This document shows positions 47,940-58,763 of a stretch of 64,000 bases of DNA, piece after piece. The stretch is from Bdellovibrionales bacterium (GTDB lineage Bacteria; Bdellovibrionota; Bdellovibrionia; Bdellovibrionales; UBA1609), in the NCBI GenBank assembly GCA_965205945.1, contig CBDBIB010000001.1, forward strand, positions 512,001 through 576,000. Direction: 5' to 3'. The first letter of the stretch is position 1, and the number at the start of each line of letters is the position of its first letter. Below the pieces are notes generated by a model. The model did no database searches. It was not told where the DNA came from and saw only the letters and a program-made list of their open reading frames with translations. The position numbers and the translations under genes were made by a program.

Positions 47940-49385
47940 CTAAGTTAATGAAATACAAACTGCCTTTGACTCTGTAAAAAACTTAATAGAGTCCTCTCCT
48001 CCTTCTCGCCCAAGCCCTGAGTCTTTCATTCCACCAAAAGGCATTCTTAAGTCTCTTTTTAACCACGTGTTCACCCATACAGTTCCAACATCTAACTGAG
48101 ATGCTATCTTATGAGCTCTCTTAAGGTCGTTAGTCCAAATGGATGCCGACAAACCATATGGTGTAGTGTTAGTCCGTTTTACGACGTCTTTTAAATACTT
48201 AAAAGATGATATTATTACAACAGGTCCAAAAATTTCAACTTGCTGTAAAATCGAGCAATCTGAAAGATCGCTAATAATTGTGGGTCTTATAAAATATCCA
48301 TTTTTAAGATCATCAGAAAGGTTTAAATCTTCATCACCTGCAAGTAACACTCCCTTATCTTTTCTAGCCATTTGAATATATGATTTAATCTTTTCACAGT
48401 GTTCTTTTGAAACCACTGGGCCACAAAAGGTTTCCTCTCTCATAGGATTGCCAAGAACTAAAGCCTTTGTGCGCTTTACAAACTCTGATTTAAACTCTTT
48501 AAATATCTGCTCTTGAACAAAAATTCTAGAACCACAAAGACAAATCTCACCTTGATTTAAAAATGAAGATTTAATTGTAGTATTTAAAGCTTTTTCTAAG
48601 TCAGCATCTTTAAAAATTATATTTGCGTTCTTACCACCTAGCTCTAAACTAAGTTTCTTAAACTGTGCAGCTGCTTTTGACGCAATAACAGATCCTGTTT
48701 TAGTTCCCCCAGTAAATGAAACAAGGCTTACTCCAGGATGAGTTACAAGTGCATCTCCTACAGTAGCACCTAAGCCAAAAACTATATTACAAACAGCTTT
48801 TGGTAAACCCACTTCATCCATAATCTGAGAAAGCATAAATGCCGTCATTGGTGTTATTTCTGAAGGCTTACAAACCACTGTATTACCTGCAGCTAAAGCA
48901 GGAGCAATCTTCCAAGTTAAAAGATACAAAGGTAAATTCCAAGGCGTGATCAATGCCGCCACACCAATAGGCTGCCTAAGCTCATAGTTTAAAGAACCAT
49001 CCGCCATTGTTGTTGACCTTTCTTTTTTATGAAGAATCTCTGTAGCAAAAAATCTAAAATTATGAATAGCCCTATTAATATCCATTTTCTTAGACAACCA
49101 TAACGGCTTTCCAACATCTTTTGTTTCCGCTTTAGCAAAAGAATCGGCTTTTTCTTCTAACTTACCTGCAATCTTATAAAGCCAATCAGAACGTTCTTTA
49201 ACAGAAGTCTGGCTCCACTTTAAAAAAGCTTTTTTAGCTGAAACTACCGCTGAAATAACATCCATAGCACCTGAATCCGGTTGCATAGCATAGACTTGAG
49301 CCTTTGCAGGATTATAAACATCTAAAGTCTTACCTGAAATCGCTTTTTCAAACTTACCATTTATATAATTTTTAATTTCATTCAT
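47940..49385 (-). CDS. Aldehyde dehydrogenase, 2-aminomuconate-semialdehyde (ALDH8)-like
   Basis: PWNLPLYLLTWKIAPA, LELGGKN, NQGEICLCGSR, WL.RDLR.PFGG; start moved to ATG 49385. Confidence 0.9.
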   Translation of the reverse strand: MNEIKNYINGKFEKAISGKTLDVYNPAKAQVYAMQPDSGAMDVISAVVSAKKAFLKWSQTSVKERSDWLYKIAGKLEEKADSFAKAETKDVGKPLWLSKKMDINRAIHNFRFFATEILHKKERSTTMADGSLNYELRQPIGVAALITPWNLPLYLLTWKIAPALAAGNTVVCKPSEITPMTAFMLSQIMDEVGLPKAVCNIVFGLGATVGDALVTHPGVSLVSFTGGTKTGSVIASKAAAQFKKLSLELGGKNANIIFKDADLEKALNTTIKSSFLNQGEICLCGSRIFVQEQIFKEFKSEFVKRTKALVLGNPMREETFCGPVVSKEHCEKIKSYIQMARKDKGVLLAGDEDLNLSDDLKNGYFIRPTIISDLSDCSILQQVEIFGPVVIISSFKYLKDVVKRTNTTPYGLSASIWTNDLKRAHKIASQLDVGTVWVNTWLKRDLRMPFGGMKDSGLGREGGEDSIKFFTESKAVCISLT

Positions 49386-49398
49386 CTTAACCTTCCTC

Positions 49399-50625
49399 CT
49401 AAGACTCAATAAGAGGAACAACTTTTTCTCTAAATAACACCATAGATTTTTTAATATCTTTGTTCTCATGATTATTAAAATCAAACCACAACATTAGTCT
49501 GTCATGGGAGTGATACTTAAAACATATCTTTTGAGCAACTTGTTCAGGAGATCCAAAAACAGTATTGTCTACAGCCTCTTTAACTTTTTTTTGATCTATT
49601 GTTCCCGCCATAGCTTTCCAATAATTTTCCCAAGCAGAATGAGCTTTAAGTTTAGCCTTTTCGTTCTTTTGCTCTACACTAAACCCCTTTGTGTCGTCCA
49701 TAAAAATCATGACTGTTCGTGGCATAAACCACCTTTGCCATGAACCCCCATCTTGATGATAGATTTTTTTCATTCTAACGTGAGTCTCCTCTATAATATG
49801 AGGAGGTGTTATAGATAAATTAAAAACTCTAGTTGGAAAAAATCTATTACAGCTCTCTTGCACCTTTGGGTCATGTGTTCCCACTATGAACTGTAATTTT
49901 GACATATCCGTATCCATTGGAATTAGTGATAACATTTCAAAATCGTAAAACTTTTTAATCTTAATTTTAAAAGACTCAAAACTCCCTTGAACTCTTGCAA
50001 GATCTAAAGCTTTCTCCCAATCTTTTTTAGTTCTAAAGTCTGACTCCGTTAAGTATTTTTGAGAAACCATTAATGAACTTAATTCTTCACCAGCTAAAAG
50101 TCTCATAAAAATCTCAGAAGCTTCTTGTAATACTGATGATTTAACCAAATGCCAAAACAATGTTTCAAATTTATTTCTAGGCCTTACTCCGTATGGGGCA
50201 TTAGTAAAATCAAATCTTCCTGCTGCAAAACCTAGTTCTAACTCTCGATCCTGATGCTTAGTAAATTGTTTAAACGTAAGAAAAGTTTTTAAAGCTTCTG
50301 CATGAGCTATAGGGCCTCCATTACAAAGAATATTCCTAATAGCAGATCCAATTTTTATTTTTTTAGTTTGATCATAAACAGCATTTGCAATTTGTAAAAT
50401 ATCAGTATTTAAACCAACCTCACCCTTAAAATCTGGAACTACTTTTAGTGAAGTTTTTTTCTGTGTCTGGCAGGAAAGATGCGTTTCAGCAACCCAAGCT
50501 GTTCCAAATTCAAGTTCATCGGCTAATTTTACTTGATCAAAAAAGTTAGAAAATATCTGATTTGTTGTTGGTATAAAACCATTTACTTTAGTCTGTGATA
50601 TAGAAAAAAAAATGTCATATTTCAT
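49399..50625 (-). CDS. Luciferase-like (LLM) flavin-dependent oxidoreductase
   Basis: LADELEF.TAWVAETH, TKKIKIGSA, LELGFAAG, FGSPEQV. Confidence 0.82.
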   Translation of the reverse strand: MKYDIFFSISQTKVNGFIPTTNQIFSNFFDQVKLADELEFGTAWVAETHLSCQTQKKTSLKVVPDFKGEVGLNTDILQIANAVYDQTKKIKIGSAIRNILCNGGPIAHAEALKTFLTFKQFTKHQDRELELGFAAGRFDFTNAPYGVRPRNKFETLFWHLVKSSVLQEASEIFMRLLAGEELSSLMVSQKYLTESDFRTKKDWEKALDLARVQGSFESFKIKIKKFYDFEMLSLIPMDTDMSKLQFIVGTHDPKVQESCNRFFPTRVFNLSITPPHIIEETHVRMKKIYHQDGGSWQRWFMPRTVMIFMDDTKGFSVEQKNEKAKLKAHSAWENYWKAMAGTIDQKKVKEAVDNTVFGSPEQVAQKICFKYHSHDRLMLWFDFNNHENKDIKKSMVLFREKVVPLIES

Positions 50626-50638
50626 TAAAAACTACCTT

Positions 50639-51409
50639 TTAAATTGAGCCTGTTCGACCACCATCAACCGGTAGGCTTACTCCATTAACATATGAAGCCT
50701 CATCACTAGCTAAAAAACACACAATATTTGCAACCTCTACAGGTTTAGCAAACCTACCCATAGGAACTCTTGCCTTCCAAAGCCTATGAATTTGCTCAAT
50801 ACTTACTCCTTGTTTCTTACTTGCTGCAACAACTAACTCTTTAAGCCTACCTGTTTCAGTATAGCCTGGTAAAACATTATTCACTGTAATATTGTCCTTG
50901 CCTAGTTCTATGGATAATGTTTTTGCCCATGAGGCTACAGCCCCTCTTACAGTATTTGACACACCTAAATTAGGAATCGAAATTTTAACCGATGTTGAGA
51001 TTATATTTACTAGACGCCCTTTTCCCTCAAATTTCATCTGTGGAACTAAAACCTTTAAAATCTCTTGGGCTGAAAGAACATGAGCTTTAAAACTTTCTTT
51101 AAAACTTTCAGCCTCAGCATCTAATAATGGCCCTGCCTTAGGCCCTCCTGAATTATTAATAAAAACTGTATAAGGCCCCGTACTCTTTAAATGGTTACAC
51201 AAATTTTGAACAGACTGCGTATTTGTCATATCAACACAAAAATATGAATTCTCCCCTTCTAAAGAATTTAAGACGTTTTTAAGTTTACTCTGAGTTCTTG
51301 CTGCTAATGTTACATGAACACCACTTGTTGCCATTTTTTTAGCAACAGCCTCGCCTATTCCTTCGGAGGCTCCTAATATAAGAGCTTTAGTATTTTTTGA
51401 AAATTTCAT
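50639..51409 (-). CDS. Short-chain dehydrogenase/reductase
   Basis: GASEGIG, NNSGGP, SN.VRGAVASWAK, NNVLPG, VDGG. Confidence 0.92.
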   Translation of the reverse strand: MKFSKNTKALILGASEGIGEAVAKKMATSGVHVTLAARTQSKLKNVLNSLEGENSYFCVDMTNTQSVQNLCNHLKSTGPYTVFINNSGGPKAGPLLDAEAESFKESFKAHVLSAQEILKVLVPQMKFEGKGRLVNIISTSVKISIPNLGVSNTVRGAVASWAKTLSIELGKDNITVNNVLPGYTETGRLKELVVAASKKQGVSIEQIHRLWKARVPMGRFAKPVEVANIVCFLASDEASYVNGVSLPVDGGRTGSI

Positions 51410-51664
51410 AAATTAACTATACCATGGAGAATTCCATGTTTTACGACAAGGCGCGTCTCTATATAGTTCCTGTTAAAAAAAGTTTTCCTCCACAGTTTTA
51501 TTATAAGCACTACGATTCTTATTCAATCTTAAAAAGCTTCACCATCTAAGATGTTCATCTATATTTTTAATTTGAGTCAGACTTAACTCTCTTATAATTA
51601 TTAGCTAACATACTTACTAAGGAATCAAACTACAATACGCTAGATTATCCCCTAGGAGGACTTT

Positions 51665-52183
51665 GTGAGTAAAATACATACTAAATATTTATGGATTGAT
51701 CTAGAAATGACAGGGCTTAATGTTGAAAAAGAGCGTATTATTGAAATTGGAGCAATCATTACAGATACCGACCTTAAGCAAATCTCTACCTATGAAACAG
51801 CTATAAAGCAGCCCTTAAAACTCATTAAAAACATGGATGAGTGGAACACTAAAAATCATAAAAAATCAGGCTTAATTGCTAAAATACCTTATGGTAAAAC
51901 CGAGGAACAGGCCGAACAAGAGCTTAGCCTGTGGTGTAAAAAATATTTTAATGAACCTATTATTATTGCTGGAAACTCTATTGCTCAAGATCGCTTATTT
52001 TTAGAAAAATACTTTAAAAGGTTTTCTAAACTTTTACACTATAGACAACTTGATGTTACAGCATTTAAACTAGCTTTTGCCCCTAAAGGTATTGAGTTTA
52101 AAAAACAGAATTCACATCGCGCAATTAATGATATAAAAGAAAGTATTGCTGAATTTAAGTTCTTTATGAGCAATTTTAATTAA
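51665..52183 (+). CDS. orn: Oligoribonuclease
   Basis: WIDLEMTGL, GNSI.QDR.FL, HYR.LDV, HRA..DI.ESI. Confidence 0.96.
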   Translation: MSKIHTKYLWIDLEMTGLNVEKERIIEIGAIITDTDLKQISTYETAIKQPLKLIKNMDEWNTKNHKKSGLIAKIPYGKTEEQAEQELSLWCKKYFNEPIIIAGNSIAQDRLFLEKYFKRFSKLLHYRQLDVTAFKLAFAPKGIEFKKQNSHRAINDIKESIAEFKFFMSNFN

Positions 52184-52586
52184 TAGCTTTTATACCAACA
52201 AACTTTTTTATGTATTTTAATAAATATGACCCACATTCTTATAAAAAAATGCAGATGTTGCTCTTAAAGTTTCTTTTCTGAAGATATTTTTTTAGCAAAG
52301 ATTTAATCATCTTTAGACCTATAATAATCACTAATTGCTTTTTTGCTATAAAATTGATTTGTTCTACGTCTTTTTGTGATTTTTATAATAACACCAGATA
52401 GATCTCCTTTAAAAATAACCTTCATATCAGCGTTATTAATAACAACTAAAGACTTATGATAAATAAAAATCTGTTAAATTTATGAAAATACTTTTTTATT
52501 TAAATAACTCATTAAGTATTAAATTTAAATCTTATTTTTAAAGCTCAAATAAATTATGAACAACCCTTAATTAAGCAACTCACCCC

Positions 52587-53948
52587 TTAATATCTATAAT
52601 ATTCAGGTTTATATGGACCTTCAGGCTTAAGACCTAAGTACGCTGATTGTCTATGAGAAAGCTTTGTAAGCCTTGCCCCCACTTTTTTTAAATGAAGGTC
52701 TGCCACCTTTTCATCTAAGTTTTTAGGAAGTCTATAAACACCAATCTTATATTTATTTGGATTCGTATAAAGCTCAATCTGCGCCATTACTTGATTTGTA
52801 AATGATGCACTCATTACAAAAGATGGATGACCTGTAGCACAACCAAGATTTACTAATCGACCTTTTGCTAACACAATGACTCTATTTCCATTTTTAAGCC
52901 TATGAAGATCAACCTGAGGCTTTATCTCAACAACCTTAGAGTTCTTACCAAGCCAGGCCATATCAATTTCAATGTCAAAGTGACCAATATTACAAACAAT
53001 TGCACCATCTTTCATTTTCTCAAAGTGCTCCTTTGTAATAATATCGCAACAGCCTGTGGCTGTAACAAAAATATCCGCACAAGATGCTGCCTCCTCCATT
53101 GTTATAACTTGATAACCTTCCATTGAAGCCTGAAGGGCACAAATTGGATCAATCTCTGTAACTAAAATTTTAGCTCCAAGCCCCTTTAAAGATTGAACAG
53201 AGCCTTTACCTACATCTCCATAACCGGCAACACAAGCAACCTTTCCTGCTATCATCACATCTGTTGCTCGCTTAATAGCGTCTACAAGTGATTCTCTACA
53301 ACCATACATATTATCAAATTTAGATTTTGTTACTGAGTCATTTACGTTTATTGCCGGAATTTTTAATTTCCCTTCTTTAAACATTTTCTCTAAATTATGA
53401 ACTCCTGTTGTAGTCTCTTCCGTAACACCAATTACATTTTTAAGCATTGGAGCAAAAAGATCTTCATGGATCATACCTGTTAAGTCCCCACCATCATCTA
53501 AGATCATATTACAACCCCCGTCACCCCAGCCAATAATAGTCTGCTTTAAACACCATTCATACTCTTCTTGAGTTTCACCTTTCCAAGCAAATACTGGAAT
53601 TCCTGCAGCAGCAATTGCACAAGCTGCATGGTCTTGAGTTGAATAAATATTACAAGAACTCCACCTAACATCAGCTCCAAGATCAACTAAAGTTTCAATC
53701 AAAACTGCTGTCTGAATTGTCATATGAATGCAGCCTGTAATCTTAGCTCCTTTTAAAGGAAATTTACCTTTGTACTCTAAACGTAGAGCCATAAGACCTG
53801 GCATTTCAGTTTCAGCAATATTAATTTCTTCTCTTCCCCATTTAACTAAGCGGGTAAATTCTTTTTCTGAATTCATTGCTGCTGCACATACTTTATAATC
53901 TGTAAATCCCATACCTTTCCCTGTTTGACTGGTTGTTTCTAACTCCAT
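52587..53948 (-). CDS. ahcY: Adenosylhomocysteinase
   Basis: [43 protein letters not shown]. Confidence 0.97.
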   Translation of the reverse strand: MELETTSQTGKGMGFTDYKVCAAAMNSEKEFTRLVKWGREEINIAETEMPGLMALRLEYKGKFPLKGAKITGCIHMTIQTAVLIETLVDLGADVRWSSCNIYSTQDHAACAIAAAGIPVFAWKGETQEEYEWCLKQTIIGWGDGGCNMILDDGGDLTGMIHEDLFAPMLKNVIGVTEETTTGVHNLEKMFKEGKLKIPAINVNDSVTKSKFDNMYGCRESLVDAIKRATDVMIAGKVACVAGYGDVGKGSVQSLKGLGAKILVTEIDPICALQASMEGYQVITMEEAASCADIFVTATGCCDIITKEHFEKMKDGAIVCNIGHFDIEIDMAWLGKNSKVVEIKPQVDLHRLKNGNRVIVLAKGRLVNLGCATGHPSFVMSASFTNQVMAQIELYTNPNKYKIGVYRLPKNLDEKVADLHLKKVGARLTKLSHRQSAYLGLKPEGPYKPEYYRY

Positions 53949-54360
53949 AACCCTCTCCTAATTAATTCTTAAAAAAGATCATATTAAGGAATAAGAGTTT
54001 GAGAGTCCAGCTACAGACTTATTTTTTTACTTGTTTTAGCCCACCTTTTTAAAGAAAATTTTATAAAAGTCTTATCTTTGATGACATTTTGATCAGCTCT
54101 ATGAAAGATTTTGCATTTTCTTTATTAAAATAGCTTTTATAACCTATTACATAGTTTTAAAAAACCAAAAACTCTAACTAATTTGACTATTGTGTATTCT
54201 AAATTACACAAAAGTTTTTTTTAAAATGTAAGCCTTATTGTATACATACAGTTTTACCTAAAATTTCTTAATTTAAAAGAATAATTAAAAATAAAGTACA
54301 TAACCACTTAAATCTTGCCCACAAAGCCTTTAAGGGCTACCTTCTTTTAAAGGAAAACTT

Positions 54361-54819
54361 ATGAACTACTGGTTAATGAAATCTGAGCCTAGTACTTATT
54401 CCATTGATACTTTGAAAAAAGACAAGTTTACTCTCTGGGATGGGGTAAGAAACTATCAAGCTAGAAATTTTATGATGAAAGATATGAAAGTTGGTGATCA
54501 AGTTCTTTTTTATCATTCAAACACTAAGCCGCCTGGAATTGCAGGTCTTGCTACCATATCAAAAACTGCAGCACCTGACCTTACAGCTTTTGATAAAAAG
54601 TCAGAATACTTTTGTAAAAAATCAGACGAAAAAAACCCAAGGTGGTTTTGTGTAGAAATAATGTATAAAAAAAAATTTAAAAACTATATTTCCTTAGAGG
54701 AAATAAAAAATATCAAAGAACTTAAAAACATGATGGTAATTCGTAAAGGATTAAGACTGTCTATTCAACCAGTAACTCAAGTAGAATACAATATAATCTG
54801 TAAAATAGGCACTACATGA
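54361..54819 (+). CDS. EVE domain protein
   Basis: YWLMKSEP, WDGVRNYQARN, FYHS, RLSIQPV. Confidence 0.95.
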   Translation: MNYWLMKSEPSTYSIDTLKKDKFTLWDGVRNYQARNFMMKDMKVGDQVLFYHSNTKPPGIAGLATISKTAAPDLTAFDKKSEYFCKKSDEKNPRWFCVEIMYKKKFKNYISLEEIKNIKELKNMMVIRKGLRLSIQPVTQVEYNIICKIGTT

Positions 54820-55763
54820 TCATTGGTTTAGCTCCTATGGAGGGTGTTTTAGACCCTCTTATGAGAAAATTTATTACTAAAGTAAGCCATGTAAACTATT
54901 GCTCAACAGAGTTTGTTAGAGTTACGAATAAAGTACTCCCTAAGCATACTTTTTTTCATTATGCCCCCGAGCTAAACAATAACTCTAAAACTGAATCAGG
55001 AACCCCTGTGCTTGTACAATTACTAGGGGGGCAACCTGAATGTATGGCTGAAAATGCTTACTTAGCACTCTCTCTTGGAGCATATGGTATTGATATAAAC
55101 TTTGGCTGCCCGGCTAAAACCGTAAACCGTCATGATGGAGGGGCCTCTTTACTTAAATCCCCACAAAGACTTTTTAACACTATTTCAACTATAAGAAAAA
55201 AAATTGGTAATAACATACACCTTTCAGCAAAAGTTCGCCTAGGGTTTTCTGATAAAAGTAAGATTCTAGATATTTCAAAAGCCTGTTCTGATGCTGGGGC
55301 GAGTTGGCTTACCATTCACGCTAGAACAAAAGATGAAGCTTATAGACCTCCTGCTCACTGGCATTTAATAAAAAAAATGAAAGAGGTTTCAAATATACCT
55401 GTTTTTGCAAATGGTGACATTTGGGACCTTAAGGCTTATAAAAAATGTGTACTCGAATCAAGCTGCACTAATGTGATGATTGGACGAGGTCTTATAAGAA
55501 ATCCGTTTCTTGCATCTGAAATAAAAGAAAATATTGAACTTGATGCTGATTTAAAAAACCAAAACACTCTTAAGCTTATCCTTGCTTATTTAAATGAGGC
55601 TCAATTTTTATATGGTGAAAAAACCGCATTAGGCCGCATTAAACAATGGGTAAAAATATGCTCTCACCCTACAAACCTGTTTTTTAAAAATCTATTTGAA
55701 GAAATAAAAAAAATTCGTACTGCAAAAGAAATTATTAAACTTATGTCAAAGAAATTTATTTAA
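54816..55763 (+). CDS. tRNA-dihydrouridine synthase (DusC-like)
   Basis: LAPMEG, INFGCPAKTVNRHDGGA, HART, ANGD, MIGRG. Confidence 0.92.
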   Translation: MIIGLAPMEGVLDPLMRKFITKVSHVNYCSTEFVRVTNKVLPKHTFFHYAPELNNNSKTESGTPVLVQLLGGQPECMAENAYLALSLGAYGIDINFGCPAKTVNRHDGGASLLKSPQRLFNTISTIRKKIGNNIHLSAKVRLGFSDKSKILDISKACSDAGASWLTIHARTKDEAYRPPAHWHLIKKMKEVSNIPVFANGDIWDLKAYKKCVLESSCTNVMIGRGLIRNPFLASEIKENIELDADLKNQNTLKLILAYLNEAQFLYGEKTALGRIKQWVKICSHPTNLFFKNLFEEIKKIRTAKEIIKLMSKKFI

Positions 55764-56332
55764 AGAAAAACTCCTGCGCCGAAAGTTAGATCCATTGAGG
55801 AATAAGTTTTTCCACCTAAAAGATATTTTAAATTTCCTGAAAAAAACATTCTAGAATTCCAAATATAACGACCACCAAACCTTACAAAGGGGCCACCACG
55901 AATTTCACTATCAAGCTCTACAGATTTTAAAAACCTTTCCTCAACTCCAAACCCATAAAAATATGCTGTTTGGCCCACACCGTTAATATATACATTCCTA
56001 GCTTTAAACTCTGACTTAACAGGGCTCCCTTTAAAATAAAAATTTATAAAACCACCTAAACCAAAACTTAAATTTTCTTGACTAATTAAACTGGTTTGAG
56101 CTCCACCAAAAACCCCCATGGCAATTTTAGTAGAAAAATTTATTTCATACTCTGCACCAACAGCGCCCAATGCAATTCTTTTTATATCTTTACCACTATC
56201 GGCTTGAAATGTTTCATGCTGTAAGGCCATTGAAAACACTAGTGAATCCGCATAAGATTCGCTAATAATCATAAATAAAGCTATCAGCACTAATAAAAAT
56301 TTATTAGCTTGCTTTAAAAATTGTCTCATCAT
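55760..56332 (-). CDS. Small outer-membrane beta-barrel protein
   Basis: From ATG 56332: signal peptide ending SYA, about 8 amphipathic strands, C-terminal LTFGAGVFL; overlaps the upstream gene by 29 bp. Confidence 0.72.
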   Translation of the reverse strand: MMRQFLKQANKFLLVLIALFMIISESYADSLVFSMALQHETFQADSGKDIKRIALGAVGAEYEINFSTKIAMGVFGGAQTSLISQENLSFGLGGFINFYFKGSPVKSEFKARNVYINGVGQTAYFYGFGVEERFLKSVELDSEIRGGPFVRFGGRYIWNSRMFFSGNLKYLLGGKTYSSMDLTFGAGVFL

Positions 56333-57986
56333 AATTCTGCGCGCCTTTATAGCTGTAGACTTTTTTGATCTTATTTCTAAAAACTCTCCAGTTAATATTT
56401 GTCTCTTTATTCTTAGAAATTTTTTCTTGAATTCTAAACTGTGTTCTTTCATCTAAAAGATTTATGGCTTCCTTATGATCAATACTGTGTTCTTTAAACC
56501 ATTTTATCTCAGACCCTGACAAATTAGTAAGAAATACTTTAAGTTTAGTTATATCTTCTAAATCAATCCAAGACATACAAGGTATTTCAGCTCTTAAAAC
56601 ATCATTACTTTTCATAGCATCAACTTTAGAAAGTTCACCTTCTGACAATCCATAAATCATATGCACTACTTTAGCATTAACAGATTTTTTCTCTGTGCCT
56701 GATACTTTAAAAGAGTCAGCATTAAGAAAATTTACAAAGCTTTTATACTGTTTATCGGTTGCATGATCTCTTAATGGATCAAACATCAATAAGTCATTAA
56801 TCTTATCTAAAACATTTGAGTCTGTAGATTCTGAAACAAAATTCATAAATTGATCTTTAAATAATTTATATAAAACAATATAATGCTCATTTAAACCATT
56901 TTTAAAAACCTCACTTAAATTATCAGCCTTAGTAGGATACATTGCACTAAATGCTTCTTCAACTAATGCATGAGGCTTAGCATACCTAAGCCTTGCAAGC
57001 GCTACAGAAATAACCGAAAGAGTATTTTTATTAAACCCTTTAGATCTTTGATTGTGCAAAACACTTGAAGCTCTTTTTTCAAAATTATAGACTTCATGAA
57101 TAACCTTATAAGTTTCGTTTAAAATAATTTCAGAAATTTGATTCTGAATTCGAATGATTTCATAAAATTGAATTTGTGTTTGAAGATCCGGCATATGTGC
57201 CCATAAAATATGAGCTGTAGATCCTGGAGATTTCTTATAAGCATCATTTATATTCTGACACAAAGATCCAAAATTAAAGGTTTCAAATTCATGACTATTT
57301 AACGAAATATCTGTGCCATTCTCTAATTCATTATTTTCTCTTTGAGTCTGAGCAACCTGTATACCTTCACCGCCACCAGACATAGTAACCTCACCATCAC
57401 CTTCAGATCTAGATTTCCAAACTCTTGCTAAAAACCACAATGCTACAATAAAACCAATGGAGAAAATTAAAATCCATAAAAATTGACCATTTTTTACTAA
57501 GGTTTTATATGCACCAAAAATAAAATCAGATTTAATATTGTTAACAGCATCTCCTAATTTTGGAGTATCATCTAAGACTGTAAATGCTGTATCTTCTGGA
57601 AGAAAAAGTCTTTCTTTAAGGGAGGATTTTACAAGGGCCATCTCTTCTTTAGAAATCTCTCTTTTTTGAATAAAAACAACTTTTCTTTCATAAAGATTTA
57701 AAACATTTTGTATTTTTGAATCATGTGCATTACCAGTTTTTTGATATAAACCAGGAAGGTTAACTATCAACTCTTCATCTAGCTTAGAATCTTGCCTCTT
57801 TAATTCAATACGAATAGTCAAACTGTCTTCTAATGTATAATCTTTTAAAAGCTGCTCGATTTCAATTTTATGATATTTACTAACAGTTTCATAATCTGAC
57901 TTTATACCAAAGGCATTAGACAGTATAAAAAATAACAATGCCAACACTAATACCGTCTTTTTAATTAAGTTTTTAACTAAACCCAC
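56304..57986 (-). CDS. Single-pass membrane protein; putative FliF-like periplasmic domain plus FliG-like cytoplasmic domains
   Basis: Signal peptide, ~140-aa exported domain, TM FLWILIFSIGFIVALWFLA, helical cytoplasmic part; SD GGAGGGAG. The CDS is solid, the fold call is tentative. Confidence 0.55.
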   Translation of the reverse strand: MGLVKNLIKKTVLVLALLFFILSNAFGIKSDYETVSKYHKIEIEQLLKDYTLEDSLTIRIELKRQDSKLDEELIVNLPGLYQKTGNAHDSKIQNVLNLYERKVVFIQKREISKEEMALVKSSLKERLFLPEDTAFTVLDDTPKLGDAVNNIKSDFIFGAYKTLVKNGQFLWILIFSIGFIVALWFLARVWKSRSEGDGEVTMSGGGEGIQVAQTQRENNELENGTDISLNSHEFETFNFGSLCQNINDAYKKSPGSTAHILWAHMPDLQTQIQFYEIIRIQNQISEIILNETYKVIHEVYNFEKRASSVLHNQRSKGFNKNTLSVISVALARLRYAKPHALVEEAFSAMYPTKADNLSEVFKNGLNEHYIVLYKLFKDQFMNFVSESTDSNVLDKINDLLMFDPLRDHATDKQYKSFVNFLNADSFKVSGTEKKSVNAKVVHMIYGLSEGELSKVDAMKSNDVLRAEIPCMSWIDLEDITKLKVFLTNLSGSEIKWFKEHSIDHKEAINLLDERTQFRIQEKISKNKETNINWRVFRNKIKKVYSYKGAQNYDETIFKAS

Positions 57987-58007
57987 AACACTCCCCTCCT
58001 TCTACTA

Positions 58008-58763
58008 TTATAATACTAAATCTACAAAACTATTTGCTTTATCATCTGCGATCTGCACTCTGACCTCTATACGTCTATTTTTTAAGCCTTTGATTGGAAT
58101 ATACTTATCACTCGAAGGACTTCTATCATTCACTAGCGGCAATGCTGAACCATATCCAACAACCCTAATCCTAGATTCTAACAGTTGATTAGAAATTAAA
58201 ACATTCGCTGCCTGAGATGCTCTTAAAGAACTTAAGTTTAAATTTGTTTTATACGAAGACATTGGATTAACAGCTAAACTGTCTGAATGCCCCTCTACCT
58301 TAATCAAGATTTTATCTTGATAAGGTTTTAGCAAGCCTGCAACTCCTTTTAAAACTTTATGACCATTTGGTTTTAAAATAAAACTCCCTATATGAAAAAA
58401 ATCTCTCTCATATAATCTTAAAAGAATTTCTCTTCTCCTTCTGTTAATACTCATATTAATTTTTTTAATTTCAAATTGAGCTAACTCAGATCTTACCTCT
58501 GCTTCGATTTTTGATAACATCTGAGCACGCATTCTATTCTTACCTTCATTTTTAGTGTTCTCACCTTGTGATTGATGCATATTTTTTCCAAGCTCAATAA
58601 GCATATCCTCATCAGCTTTTTTACTATGCTCATTTAAAAAAGTGATAAAAAAACATAACAGTAATGTAACCGTATCCGCATAAGAAATAACCCACATACT
58701 GCTACTATCTTTCCCATCGCCCTCAAAAATTGATACCTTACTCCTACCTAAATTATGCCGCAC
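58008..58763 (-). CDS. MotB/PomB-family stator subunit with OmpA-like domain
   Basis: WVISYADTVTLLLCFF (ion-binding Asp); VEGHSD, NLNLSSLRA, VGYG, NRRIEV. Confidence 0.92.
   Translation of the reverse strand: MRHNLGRSKVSIFEGDGKDSSSMWVISYADTVTLLLCFFITFLNEHSKKADEDMLIELGKNMHQSQGENTKNEGKNRMRAQMLSKIEAEVRSELAQFEIKKINMSINRRRREILLRLYERDFFHIGSFILKPNGHKVLKGVAGLLKPYQDKILIKVEGHSDSLAVNPMSSYKTNLNLSSLRASQAANVLISNQLLESRIRVVGYGSALPLVNDRSPSSDKYIPIKGLKNRRIEVRVQIADDKANSFVDLVL

Noticed and set aside
52184..52586. 400-bp gap between convergent orn and ahcY, possible decayed gene
   Set aside because: Only short frames with no recognisable motif
53949..54100. SAH riboswitch upstream of ahcY
   Set aside because: No GAGGAGCG...CAGGCTC-like core seen; region is AT-rich
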